This document shows positions 52,368 through 62,022 of a stretch of 64,000 nucleotides of DNA, piece after piece (the stretch's first letter is position 1; every line of letters starts with the position of its first letter). The position numbers were made by a program, and so were the translations under genes. Source of the stretch: Streptomyces humicola. Its GTDB lineage: Bacteria > Actinomycetota > Actinomycetes > Streptomycetales > Streptomycetaceae. The DNA is taken from contig NZ_JANFNG010000001.1 of the NCBI RefSeq assembly GCF_024436035.1, forward strand, positions 15,689 through 79,688, written 5' to 3'. The notes below the pieces were generated by a model. That model made no database searches, was not told where the DNA came from, and saw only the letters and a list, made by a program, of their open reading frames with translations.

Positions 52368-53843
52368 ATGGCACTTCAGCGAGACGACTGGCTCGACGTA
52401 GCACGCAAGGTGGACTGGGAGTTCCGCTACGTCGATGAGCGCGAGGTGTATCCGGAGGTTGTCAGCGGTTCTCCGTGGTTGTCCCACGAGTCGTGGAAGA
52501 ACTGGGAGGAGGCGTACCGGAACACCTACCGCGAGTATGTTCAAAACCAGCTCGTCAAGGACGACTCCGTATTCGCGGTCCGGGACGCGCTCGGCAAGGC
52601 TAAGATCACGGAGCGGTTGGACCCTGCGTGGGTGCAGCTGGCAAAGTTCCATAACGGAGCGATTGCCCTCGGGGAATACGCTGCATGTCTGGGCGAGCTG
52701 CGAATGGCGCGCTTCGGCAGGGATGGCGCGTGGCGGACGATGGCGAACCTGGGTGCGCTCGACGAGATCCGGCACACGCAGATTCCGCTGATGATCGGTC
52801 AGGACCTGCTGAAGTTCGACTCCAGGTTCGACTGGACGCATAAGGCGTACCACACCAACGAGTGGGCGATGATCGCTGCCCGTCACCTGTTCGACGACAT
52901 GTTCACCGCTGCGAATGCGTTGGACACCGCGATTCAGCTCACGTTCGTCTTCGAGACCGGGTTTACGAACCTGCAGTTCATCGCTATGGCGGCGATGGCA
53001 GACGGTGCGGACGACCATGTGTTCGAGAAGATGCTGGCGAGCATCCAGACCGATGAGTCACGGCATGCTCAGCAGGGTCATCCTGTGCTGCGGACGCTGA
53101 TCGAGAATGGCGGCAAGGAATACGGACAGTACCTGCTGGACAAGATGTGGTGGCGGTCGTGGCGGATTTTCCTCGCGCTCACCGGCACATCGATGGACTA
53201 CCTGACTCCGGTTCATGCCCGTCGGCAGTCCTTCAAGGAGTTCATGGAGGAGTGGATCAACGACCAGTTCCTCAAGAACCTTGAGGAGTTCGGTCTGGAG
53301 AAGCCATGGTTCTGGGACCAGTTCGTGGAGGAGTTGGATCACGCCCATCACAGCTTCCAGCTCGGTTTGTACACCTACCGGCAGACTCTGTGGTTCGACG
53401 AGCCGGTGCCCAGCCCGGAAGAGCGGGCTTGGCTGGAGGAGAAGTACCCGGGCTGGACTGAGACGTACGGCTCCATCTGGGACAACATCGAGAAGATGTG
53501 GGATGAGCGCGGCGAACTGGGAACGCTGCCGTACTCGTTGCCGTCGCTGTGTAACCTGTGCCAGCTCCCGACGGCGTTCCGGGGGCCTGGCAAGAACACG
53601 GCATGCACTCTCGAGCACAACGGTCGGAAGTACCTTTTCTGCTCCGAGCCGTGCCGGTGGATCTTCCAGCAGCAGCCGGAACGTTTCGCGGAGCATCAGT
53701 CGGTCATCGACCGGATTTTCAAGGGCGACTGCCCCACGGACATCTACGCGGTACTGGACTGGATGGGCGTGGAGCAGCACGGAAAGGACCTCCACAACGG
53801 GGAACACCCGTGGCGGCAGAAGCGCGCGGCGGTGTCGGCGTGA
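52368..53843 (+). CDS. soluble diiron monooxygenase hydroxylase alpha subunit (TmoA/IsoA-like, group 2)
   Basis: Two diiron ligand motifs (E..DEIRH and E..DESRH). About 490 aa. AAGGAG RBS. Confidence 0.85.
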   Translation: MALQRDDWLDVARKVDWEFRYVDEREVYPEVVSGSPWLSHESWKNWEEAYRNTYREYVQNQLVKDDSVFAVRDALGKAKITERLDPAWVQLAKFHNGAIALGEYAACLGELRMARFGRDGAWRTMANLGALDEIRHTQIPLMIGQDLLKFDSRFDWTHKAYHTNEWAMIAARHLFDDMFTAANALDTAIQLTFVFETGFTNLQFIAMAAMADGADDHVFEKMLASIQTDESRHAQQGHPVLRTLIENGGKEYGQYLLDKMWWRSWRIFLALTGTSMDYLTPVHARRQSFKEFMEEWINDQFLKNLEEFGLEKPWFWDQFVEELDHAHHSFQLGLYTYRQTLWFDEPVPSPEERAWLEEKYPGWTETYGSIWDNIEKMWDERGELGTLPYSLPSLCNLCQLPTAFRGPGKNTACTLEHNGRKYLFCSEPCRWIFQQQPERFAEHQSVIDRIFKGDCPTDIYAVLDWMGVEQHGKDLHNGEHPWRQKRAAVSA

Positions 53844-53895
53844 GCATGTACTGGGATTTCCTGCTACCTGCTGAGCAAGAGCTGAAGGAGACGAC

Positions 53896-54144
53896 GTGAT
53901 TATCCCGCTGTACGGCTTCTTCGAAGGGGACTTTCTGGGTCTTGTGTTGATCGCGATGCCGGATCAGCCGGTCTCCACGCTGGCTGAGCAGCTTTCTGGT
54001 TGGGTGCTCGACCTGCGGGTGGATCGCACGGGTGGTGCGCTTGAGGTCCTGAACGAGGCCGGAGAGATTCTCGATCAGAGCAAGTCGATCGAAGAGGCGG
54101 GCCTAGGTTACGGCGACATGTTCCATGTGAGGCAGGCGGCGTGA
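53896..54144 (+). CDS. monooxygenase gamma subunit (TmoB / Toluene_X-like)
   Basis: 82 aa. Position and size match tmoB or isoB. GTG start with AAGGAG RBS. Confidence 0.5.
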   Translation: MIIPLYGFFEGDFLGLVLIAMPDQPVSTLAEQLSGWVLDLRVDRTGGALEVLNEAGEILDQSKSIEEAGLGYGDMFHVRQAA

Positions 54145-54494
54145 GCACTCAAGTCAGCAGCACGTGGGTTCAGGTGACGACGCTGGATGAACTCTGGGAG
54201 GGCGAGATGCTCCCGGTCAGTGTCGATGAGACCGACGTGCTGGTCGTGAACGCCGGGGGGACAGTTGTCGCTTTCGAGGACAGCTGCCCCCACGTGGGCA
54301 CCGCATTGTCCACGGGCACGTTCGACGGCAAAGAGATCATGTGCCCTTCGCATGAGTGGACCTTCACGGCGACCACGGGGAAGGGCATTAATCCGGCGGC
54401 TGCGTGTCTTCGTCGTTATGCGGTTCGGATCGAGGGCGAGGCCGTGTATATCAACCTGCACGACGTCCTGCAAGAGGAGAAGGGAATGGCATGA
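54141..54494 (+). CDS. Rieske-type [2Fe-2S] ferredoxin (TmoC-like)
   Basis: CPHVG...CPSHEW Rieske CxH/CxxH ligands. GTGA overlap with the upstream gene. Confidence 0.8.
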   Translation: MSTQVSSTWVQVTTLDELWEGEMLPVSVDETDVLVVNAGGTVVAFEDSCPHVGTALSTGTFDGKEIMCPSHEWTFTATTGKGINPAAACLRRYAVRIEGEAVYINLHDVLQEEKGMA

Positions 54495-54832
54495 CGGAAA
54501 ACGCTGACGAGCGCCGGACACTCAGTCAGGTTATCGAGCGCGGCGTCGGACCGGTGCTGCAGTCGACACCGCTGGGCAAGGCGATCATCGCGGCCATCGA
54601 GGAAGAGAACGAAGAGGTCTTCGTCGAGGACGCCGGCGCCTACTTCCGGGTGTTCGTGCCGGACGAGTGTCGGGTGACCCGTGAGGCGATCGAAGGCAAC
54701 TACGGCCGCAAGATCCGGTTTCCTGGCGATCTAGAGGTGATCATGTCCTCATTTGCCGGAGTCCTGTCTATGAGTCAGGACCGGGCTGTCTGGTCGCTTC
54801 CGCCACGGCACCTTTCCTCTTCAGGAGCGTGA
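54491..54832 (+). CDS. monooxygenase effector/coupling protein (MmoB/DmpM family, TmoD-like)
   Basis: 113 aa. GPVLQSTPLGKAIIAAIEEENEEVFVEDAGAYFRV resembles effector proteins. ATGA overlap with the ferredoxin gene. Confidence 0.6.
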   Translation: MTENADERRTLSQVIERGVGPVLQSTPLGKAIIAAIEEENEEVFVEDAGAYFRVFVPDECRVTREAIEGNYGRKIRFPGDLEVIMSSFAGVLSMSQDRAVWSLPPRHLSSSGA

Positions 54833-55845
54833 TGACAATGACCGAACGGAGCGAGAAGAAGCTCAAGACATACTCGATGCTCCAGACTGGTCGGAGGTTG
54901 CCGTCCAACTACGAGCTCGTGAGTTCGCGGCTGCACTACCACTACCCGCACAACTTCGAGCTCAGCAACGAGAACCCGGTCAGCAAGTGGTACTACCAGT
55001 ACCGCGAGTCGTCGCCGTTGCAGGCCCATGACTGGGAGGCTTTCGCTGATCCCCGTAGCACGACCTACCGGGGTTACAACGAGCTGCAGAACGACAAAGA
55101 GACCGTTGTCGACGGGCTCCTGCGAGAGATCGACGAGAGCAACTACGACGACGAATTGGCAGCCGAGTGGGTTACCTTCCTGCATCGCTGGTATGGTGCG
55201 TGGCGCTTTCCGGTGCACGGGCTGGAGATGATCAGTGCCTACGTCGGGCAGATGGCTCCGGTGTCTCGTATCACGAACGCTGGTGCGTTCCAGTCTGCTG
55301 ACGAGATGCGCCGGATCCAGCGAATCGCTTACCGTTCAGCGCAGCTGAATGCGCGTAGGGGAGGCTGTGAACCTGGCGAGCAGAAGGCGTTCTGGGAGGA
55401 TGGCGAGCCGTTCCAGGCGGTGCGGGAGCTCATCGAACGGGCGCTGATCGCGTATGACTGGGGCGAGGCGTTCACCGTGCTGAACCTGGTCATCAAGCCA
55501 CATCTCGATAGGTTGCTGAACGAGGAACTGGCAGGGGTGCTGGCTGCGACAAACGGCGACACCATGTTGCGTGAGATTCACTTCTCCCTCAACGAGGACG
55601 CGCTGTGGCATCGGGAATGGTCCCGCGAACTCGCGCGTGTCGCCATCGCTGACACTCCAGTGAATGCTGACCGGTTTGCTGCCTGGGTCGACGAGTGGCG
55701 ACCGAGGGCTGTCGCGGCAGTCGAGAGCTATGTGTCGGTCTTCGAGCAGGCGCCGGTTCGGGTGGATGCGAATGGGGTGTTCGCGCGGATCACGGCGGCT
55801 GCCGAGGAGGACGTGAAGGCGGCTCTCGCGACGCCGGTCGGCTGA
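54829..55845 (+). CDS. soluble diiron monooxygenase hydroxylase beta subunit (TmoE-like)
   Basis: ~338 aa all-helical protein directly after the effector, in the canonical group-2 operon position. Start overlaps the effector stop. Confidence 0.65.
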   Translation: MMTMTERSEKKLKTYSMLQTGRRLPSNYELVSSRLHYHYPHNFELSNENPVSKWYYQYRESSPLQAHDWEAFADPRSTTYRGYNELQNDKETVVDGLLREIDESNYDDELAAEWVTFLHRWYGAWRFPVHGLEMISAYVGQMAPVSRITNAGAFQSADEMRRIQRIAYRSAQLNARRGGCEPGEQKAFWEDGEPFQAVRELIERALIAYDWGEAFTVLNLVIKPHLDRLLNEELAGVLAATNGDTMLREIHFSLNEDALWHREWSRELARVAIADTPVNADRFAAWVDEWRPRAVAAVESYVSVFEQAPVRVDANGVFARITAAAEEDVKAALATPVG

Positions 55846-55924
55846 GCGGCGGAGTGTGGGCTGGAGGGTGAGCTCACGTCCGTAGATGTAACTCGAAACA
55901 ATCTCAAGGAGAACGGAGAGAATT

Positions 55925-56335
55925 ATGGCTGGAGAGCTGAAGTTCTTCTCGCCCGAATGGTGTGCTGCCGCGATTGAAGTGTGCAACGCGAGTGAGCGTA
56001 TGTACCAGGGTTTCAAGGACCCGAAGAACTTCACACACAGGATGGAGTTCGGGTGTACGGACCGGGACCTGCCTACGCATGTGGAGTGGAGGGAAGGCCA
56101 GGTCGTGGCCTGGGGTCCTGCGCAGTACGAAGAGTCGGACCTGTGGCTGAAGATTCACGCGGACATCGACACATGGCGTGATGTGGCCGAGGGCAAGATC
56201 GAGGGTGGGAAGGCCCTGATGGCCGGCCGGATCAAGTTCGTCAAGGGACCGATGTCGGCGGCGATCGAGAATGGCGGGGCGTTCAACGGCTTCCTCGCGG
56301 CCTGGGGTGATGTCCCGACCGACTGGGACGTCTGA
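55925..56335 (+). CDS. SCP2 sterol/lipid-binding domain protein
   Basis: SCP2 C-terminal pattern KALMAGRIKFVKGPMSAAIENGGAFNGFLAAWG. AGGAGA RBS. Confidence 0.7.
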   Translation: MAGELKFFSPEWCAAAIEVCNASERMYQGFKDPKNFTHRMEFGCTDRDLPTHVEWREGQVVAWGPAQYEESDLWLKIHADIDTWRDVAEGKIEGGKALMAGRIKFVKGPMSAAIENGGAFNGFLAAWGDVPTDWDV

Positions 56336-56858
56336 GCAGGAGTTCTGCACGAATAGGTGTGGGAATTGATGGAAGGCGGGTCGGTGTGCTGGTAGCTGGG
56401 GTGTTCATGTCGGCCGTGCTCGCAACTGGAGTCGGTGTGGCGGCTTGGCTTGACACTCGTCCACGTGCACAGACCCCGGGTGTTGATTCTGCAGCCGGAT
56501 GCACCCCGGTCCGCCTTCCGTTCCCCAAGGGTCGACGGGCTGCACGTTGGTGACGATACTGCTGTGATCCTTCGTCCCAGTGCACGCCTTGCCGGGAACC
56601 TGGCAGCGGCAGGCCGATGCATTCCTGGAGGATCTGCAGATTTCACCCCGGGTGACGAACTGGCATCGGAAATATTCCGAGGGCGGTACGTGTCCTGCTG
56701 GCGGTGCTGCTCGGACTGGTTGCGTTTGAGTATGGCTGGTGTAGTCGTAGCGGCGGATGCGAGGCGGTCTTCTCCTACTCCAACTCGGTGTCCACCCCTT
56801 GAATGGGGCGAGGACGCCAGGTCGGATATCCCTAATGGCGCAGGATTCTTTTGAGGTG

Positions 56859-57317
56859 TCAACGATGAAAGCAGCAACGAAGAAGGACTATGGAGTCTCC
56901 CTCTACGACGGGGACCTTTCGAACGGTCTCGCCAATATTTTGGCAACGCTGCTGGCACAAAACTTCGAGAATTTCCCGGAGCGGGTGAAGATAGCTCGGC
57001 GCATGCCGCGGCCAGTGGCTGTTTACAGCACGGATACCGACAGCACTGCAACGATCGTGTTCGGTGCAGAGGAGGCCGTCATTTACAACGATCTGGTCGG
57101 CCGTCCCAGTGTGCTGGTGAAGGCCACCGTCGACCAGATTCTCGATGTCTCTCAGCTCAAAATGGTCGGTTCCGGTCTTGTCCCGGTCGGTTTCTTCACC
57201 AGGCGTGGTGTTCGTGTACTTGGTGAGATTGCCAAGCACCGGCTCGTCGTCAAGGGTCTGCTCACCCACACGGTGATGTCGCTGCAGCTTATCGCCCTGT
57301 TGTCCATCGCTGAATGA
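56859..57317 (+). CDS. second SCP2-like domain protein (low similarity)
   Basis: Pattern VLVKATVDQILDVSQLKM...GFFTRRGVRVLGEIAKHRLVVKGL resembles the SCP2 C-terminus. GAGGTG RBS. Confidence 0.35.
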   Translation, partial: STMKAATKKDYGVSLYDGDLSNGLANILATLLAQNFENFPERVKIARRMPRPVAVYSTDTDSTATIVFGAEEAVIYNDLVGRPSVLVKATVDQILDVSQLKMVGSGLVPVGFFTRRGVRVLGEIAKHRLVVKGLLTHTVMSLQLIALLSIAE

Positions 57318-57507
57318 GAGAAGGCCGGAGGAGAAACGCCACAATTGCGAGGTGGCTTGCGAGGTGGCGGGGTACGCGGTTGCCGGCCGGACGAGAAGTA
57401 TTTTATGCAGCAGTGTGTGGTGGAGCGCTGACAGCATGCGCTCAGTGCCTCGGGGTCGTGGCCGTCGATTGGTAAGGGCCTATAGTGCACGCGCGAAAGG
57501 ACGCGAT

Positions 57508-58116
57508 GTGAGTAGTCATGCGAAAGCCCAGTCCCTGTACAGCCGAACAGATGTGACGTTGCCGTTGCGGGTGAAGAGGGCGGGCCCGGTAACGCGGGTT
57601 CTTCAGGTAGTGGTCATCCTCGCCCTGATCCCGGTGGGCGCGTTCTATCTGTATCCCCGGATATATAATCTTGTGGCCACGCCGTATCGATTGGACAAGG
57701 CGGTGGTCTATGCAAACCGCTACAACCCTGGACTCTTCAAGATCGTGAACGAGGAACAGGTGACTTTGCAGGCATTCGGCGCTCTCGATCAGATGAACGC
57801 AGCCATCGCGAGGGTCCAGGGTGTCGATTCCCAGGTCGCGGACCAGCTGAGGACCTTGGTGGGGCAGATCAGGGGTGATCTGCAGGCGACCTTGAATTCG
57901 GCGGACGGGGACGTGAGCGGTCTTGTCAGCAGCCTCAACGCGTTGGACGCACGGTTGGAGGGACTCAATCCTCCCGTGGACGGAGCAACCAGCGCTGTGG
58001 CACGAGATCGGGCAACGCTTGCCGGGATCCTCGACGAGGCACGGGCTACCGCCGCGAAGGTGCATACCGCCCGGGAAGAAGCGGACGGCTCCGCTCAGAA
58101 TGTTTCTGGGCATTAA
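57508..58116 (+). CDS. membrane-anchored alpha-helical protein, paralog 1 of 5 (unknown function, DUF948-like?)
   Basis: N-terminal TM (VLQVVVILALIPVGAFYLY) followed by an A/Q/L/T/V-rich helical repeat region. The GTG start was chosen inside ORF 57352..58116. Confidence 0.45.
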   Translation: MSSHAKAQSLYSRTDVTLPLRVKRAGPVTRVLQVVVILALIPVGAFYLYPRIYNLVATPYRLDKAVVYANRYNPGLFKIVNEEQVTLQAFGALDQMNAAIARVQGVDSQVADQLRTLVGQIRGDLQATLNSADGDVSGLVSSLNALDARLEGLNPPVDGATSAVARDRATLAGILDEARATAAKVHTAREEADGSAQNVSGH

Positions 58117-58127
58117 CTCGTAGGGAG

Positions 58128-58664
58128 ATGACCGTGTTTTTCGGACGTGCACACGGCCCGGCCCGCATGATTTTGGCCATTGCCGCTGTTGGTGTACTTG
58201 GTCTACTCAGTTTCGTCGTGTTCAACCTGAACCACCGTCTGGACAACCAGCAACGCGCGAACTTGCAGACCTTGGCGGCATCGAAAGCGATCGTCGAAGT
58301 CAACGACAAGGTGACCGAACGCCTGGCCCAACTCACCGCACTCACAGGTACGGCGCGTCAGGCGGTGAGGCAAACCCAAGGGCTGGAACCGCTGTTGGAG
58401 CAGCTGAAGACGGCTGTCCAGCCCGCCGCGGCAGCGGTTTCCACCGGTAGCTCCGGCGCGCAGACCAGCAACCGTCAGCTCACAACGATCCAGAACGTAC
58501 TCAACGAGGTACGCGACAAGGTCGTTCCCTTGGTCGATTCGGCGGGCAAGTTCGGCGACCAGGGAAAACAGCTCGTGTCGATCGTACAGGGACTCGTGTC
58601 CGACCTGCAGGGCGCTGTGGCCGACGCGAAGACGATTAACCAGTCACTGCCACTGCCCAGCTGA
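58128..58664 (+). CDS. membrane-anchored alpha-helical protein, paralog 2 of 5
   Basis: GGGAG RBS. TM (MILAIAAVGVLGLLSFVVF) then Q/A/T/L-rich helices. Confidence 0.55.
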   Translation: MTVFFGRAHGPARMILAIAAVGVLGLLSFVVFNLNHRLDNQQRANLQTLAASKAIVEVNDKVTERLAQLTALTGTARQAVRQTQGLEPLLEQLKTAVQPAAAAVSTGSSGAQTSNRQLTTIQNVLNEVRDKVVPLVDSAGKFGDQGKQLVSIVQGLVSDLQGAVADAKTINQSLPLPS

Positions 58665-58711
58665 CGGATCGATTTCCACCGCCGCGGGAACTGACACACA
58701 AGAGGTGAACC

Positions 58712-59284
58712 GTGAACAGGCGCACGGATATCCCAGACTCGGTGCTACGAAGCTCAAGCACCGTGGCTATCACCACCGAGTGGATGGGGAAGATTGCCGC
58801 CATCATCGCCATAGCACTTTTCTTCCTGGTGATGACGGCTATCCACAAGGGCCTGCTCGTGCAAAGCAGCGCACGATCGATTGTTCAGAACTTCCACACC
58901 ACCAACAATTTTTTCGCCACCCGGGCGGACTTCAATGACCCGGCACTGGCAAAGCAGGAACTGCAAACGCTGGCCGGAGTGCTGACTCAACTCAATGGCA
59001 CCACGGTGCAGGATGTGAATGACCTCGCAGCGACTCTGCCGAACGTCGCCCGTCTGCTGGATGCGGGCAAGGGCGATGTGGACATCGCCAAACAGATGCA
59101 GGGTGTGGCCGGCACGCTGCAGGGTTCGGCCAGCAGCTTGCACCGGATCGCCGGGGGTGCCGAGGGCAGCGTCTCCACCGTCAACAATTCGCTGGCCGCG
59201 GCTATCAACCTGGTCGGTCAACTCAACGCGCAGCTTGCCATTACTGAACAGAAACTGTCAGTACTGCCCGCGACAGGGAGGTAG
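58712..59284 (+). CDS. membrane-anchored alpha-helical protein, paralog 3 of 5
   Basis: TM (IAAIIAIALFFLVMTAI) then repeats such as LQTLAGVLTQLNGTTVQDVNDLAATLPNVARLL. Confidence 0.55.
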   Translation: MNRRTDIPDSVLRSSSTVAITTEWMGKIAAIIAIALFFLVMTAIHKGLLVQSSARSIVQNFHTTNNFFATRADFNDPALAKQELQTLAGVLTQLNGTTVQDVNDLAATLPNVARLLDAGKGDVDIAKQMQGVAGTLQGSASSLHRIAGGAEGSVSTVNNSLAAAINLVGQLNAQLAITEQKLSVLPATGR

Positions 59285-59289
59285 AACCC

Positions 59290-59943
59290 GTGCTTACCAA
59301 GAAGGTCTGGTTCGCGACAGTGGCCACCCTGGGAGGCGGGGCGTGCATTGTCATCGGAATGCTCAACCGATTTGTTCCCCACCTGCAGGACCTCTCCGAC
59401 CCGCTCGGTAGGCCCTCCGCACTGAGTCTTCAGGTCATCCACTCGGCCAGCCAGTTCGACAGCATCACCTCGGTGCTGGTACCCAAGCACCACGACTTGG
59501 GCCAGCGCATCCAGGTACTGCACACCGTCGCCGACGACCTGGACGGGCTGGTGAACAAGGCCGGCGGCCTGGTGCCTTCGGCGCAGGCGGTCAACGGCGA
59601 TACCACCACCGTTCAGGGTGTTGCCACGCCGCTGCCGCCGCTGATCAACAAGGTGACCGGGCGGGCTCAACAGGCCACTCCGCAGGTGAATGCGCTCGGT
59701 AACGCGGTCTCTTCGGTGACGACACAACTGAACGCGGTTGACGTCAACATGACGGCCATTGCCACGGACCTCGGCGCGCTCGGTCCGCGTGCGCAGGAGA
59801 TCGTCGCGATACTTCAGGAGATCGAAGCGGAGTCAGAACGCATCCGGCCTGTCGCTCCGCTGCTGCCGGTGCTCAGCACGGTGACCAACATCACCTCCAG
59901 CAACGGCCAACCGATCCTTGGACTGCTCGGCCCGCTGACGTGA
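59290..59943 (+). CDS. membrane-anchored alpha-helical protein, paralog 4 of 5
   Basis: GGGAGG RBS. TM (VWFATVATLGGGACIVIGML). Similar TVQ/QLN-type repeats. Confidence 0.55.
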   Translation: MLTKKVWFATVATLGGGACIVIGMLNRFVPHLQDLSDPLGRPSALSLQVIHSASQFDSITSVLVPKHHDLGQRIQVLHTVADDLDGLVNKAGGLVPSAQAVNGDTTTVQGVATPLPPLINKVTGRAQQATPQVNALGNAVSSVTTQLNAVDVNMTAIATDLGALGPRAQEIVAILQEIEAESERIRPVAPLLPVLSTVTNITSSNGQPILGLLGPLT

Positions 59944-59979
59944 CCCGGACAACAACAGCCGTACAAGGGAGGCAGCTTT

Positions 59980-60507
59980 ATGTTCCGGCTCTCCTGGGCC
60001 ATTACCCTTATCTTCTCGCTCGGCATGCTGACGGGAATCCTGGTTGTCACACGGGACCTTGCCGAGACCAACGCCATCTTCAAAGACGGCGTCGTTCAAG
60101 CGGAGAAGGTCAACTCCACCACCGATACAGCGTTGGGTGCGACCGGCCAGCTGCCGCCCGCAGACAAGGCGATCGGCCAGGGACTGCCGCAGGTGGTCGA
60201 TGTTCTCGGTTCGCTGAGCAAGGCGCAAACCACGCTCGGCACGCTGGGCAACCAGCTCGGTAATCTCGGCACCGTGCTCACCCGAGCGGATCCGCCGCTG
60301 GTGGGAATTATTGGTGCCGCACAGCAGTCAACCAATCAGGCCAATGCGGCCGCCGCTCCTGCCGCGTCGATCGTGCGGCTGCTCGCCCAGGCGGATCAGC
60401 GAGTACAGGCCCTGGCCCCGCTTTTGGACCAGACCGCGGCACGTGCCCGGAACATCAACTCCAAGCTCCACGTGTTGATGCTGCTGCCGGGCTCCGGAGG
60501 CGGCTGA
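59980..60507 (+). CDS. membrane-anchored alpha-helical protein, paralog 5 of 5
   Basis: GGGAGG RBS. TM (LSWAITLIFSLGMLTGILVV). Similar helical repeats. Confidence 0.55.
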   Translation: MFRLSWAITLIFSLGMLTGILVVTRDLAETNAIFKDGVVQAEKVNSTTDTALGATGQLPPADKAIGQGLPQVVDVLGSLSKAQTTLGTLGNQLGNLGTVLTRADPPLVGIIGAAQQSTNQANAAAAPAASIVRLLAQADQRVQALAPLLDQTAARARNINSKLHVLMLLPGSGGG

Positions 60508-60515
60508 CTACGAAC

Positions 60516-60548
60516 CGTCCTCCACTCTCGCTTGGAGAGTGGAGGACG
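60516..60548 (+). terminator. perfect 14-bp stem / 5-nt loop hairpin (CGTCCTCCACTCTC gcttg GAGAGTGGAGGACG) after paralog 5
   Basis: Read directly from the sequence, 9 nt after the stop codon. Confidence 0.6.
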
Positions 60549-60860
60549 AGTGGATGTTGCTGCGGATGAGGCTGGACTCGCAGTCCAAATGATCATTTCA
60601 AAATGAGATCGGCGTGGCGGTTGCGTAGGTGTACTCGTATCGAGCACCCTCACGCGGCGGCGGAGCCCGCCCCGTCGCAAACCCAGCCAGCTGTTCGCCA
60701 ACCGCGCCTACACACGGGGATGCGCGAACTGGAAGGCGGTGGGGAATCGCTCGGCCGGGTGCGCAAGCCGGGTGGCCGGTCGTAAGCGGTCTCGGAGCGG
60801 GATGGGGGACTGCGAGCTCCACTGCTGGCCCTGGTCGAGCCCGACGAACGCGGGGACCGG

Positions 60861-61140
60861 ATGTCGCCGCTGCGCTGGACGGTGAAGTCGATCCGACAGC
60901 TGGCTGTCGAGCTTTCCGGTCATGGCCACCGCGTCGGCCGCGACACCGATCGTGACCTACTGCGCGCTGAGGGCTTCAGCAGGCCAACGCCAAGGCTCTG
61001 GAGGGCAGGTAGCACCTGGCCCGCGACGCGCAGTTCCGCTACCTCATCGAGCAGGCCCGCGAGCGCCGCGATACCGGGAAGTCGGTCATCGGTACGGACA
61101 CAGCCGCCGAAGCGGAGGAGATCATCCGGCGCTGAGGGAG
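60861..61140 (+). mobile_element. ISAzo13-family transposase remnant (in-frame TAG plus frameshift, truncated)
   Basis: MSPLRWTVKSIRQLAVELSGHGHRVGRDTDRDLLRAEGFS is followed by LQANAKALEG-stop-HLARDAQFRYLIEQARERRDTGKSVIGTDT. This matches the ISAzo13 N-terminus. Confidence 0.55.
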
Positions 61141-62022
61141 CAGGTAGTCCATCGAACAGGCGATCACGGACGCGAAGGACCTTCCTCGGCACCGGCGGCG
61201 CGCGCAGCCGCACCGACCAGGCGCTGGAAGTCGCTGTTCCCTTTCAACTCGACTGTCGAACCGTGCTGGTGCTCTGGTACATCCGCGCCGGCAACGCTCA
61301 ACGCGACGTCCGCGCCCGCCGCGCAGCGGCCCGTGGTACCGCCCCAAGCAGCACGTCTCCCTTCAAGGCAACGATCACCGCATTCCAGCGGGCCCGGATT
61401 ACCGCAGCCGCCAGGCCAACCCGGCTTCGTGCTATTCCACAACGCCCCACTGACCCGTGCCGCTCCCGCCGCGTAACGGCGAAACTTTAGTTCCTCATTT
61501 GTCCTCACACCGCCGTTCCGCAGGAAGGAACGTCTCCTGCGGACAGGCCGAAGCCACAGTAAATACAACCGGAGATTTCTCTGTGGGTTGGGGTCGGTCG
61601 GGCCAGCGGTGCATGTGAGGAGGTAGCGCGTGTTCTCGTCGACGCTCTTGTGGATGTGCGTCCGGACCGCATCTGGAGATCGAGTCGAGGTACGGGCGGG
61701 CGTGAGATTTCGTCTTGGAGGGGGAGGGGCCTAAATCACGTACGTCGACGGTCAGGGGCCGTGCCGGGGCGCACCCTGCCCAGTGGATCGGCCGCAAATG
61801 TCAAGGCCAACCAGGCATCGAGGTGTCTTTTGTGTGCCTATCGGCCGTACTGCTTTGCGGGGGGGAAGCTGCCACGGGTAAGGCAGCGCAATCCGACAGG
61901 CGTGCATCAGGTCCAAAGTGGCGTACCGGCAGGGCCCACCCTCCGACCACCCTCGACCGGTGTGCTCCGTGTGGGGCTGTTGCACTACTGACGTACGTGG
62001 CGGGGAGACCGAGGTGCCCGAT

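Noticed and set aside
56336-56858. ~520-bp gap between the two SCP2 genes, examined for a degraded reductase or small RNA
   Set aside because: The ORFs there (e.g. 56435..56854) have no ferredoxin-reductase motifs (no CxxxxCxxC, no RxYS FAD motif). No convincing hairpins or repeats were seen. Left as unexplained spacer.
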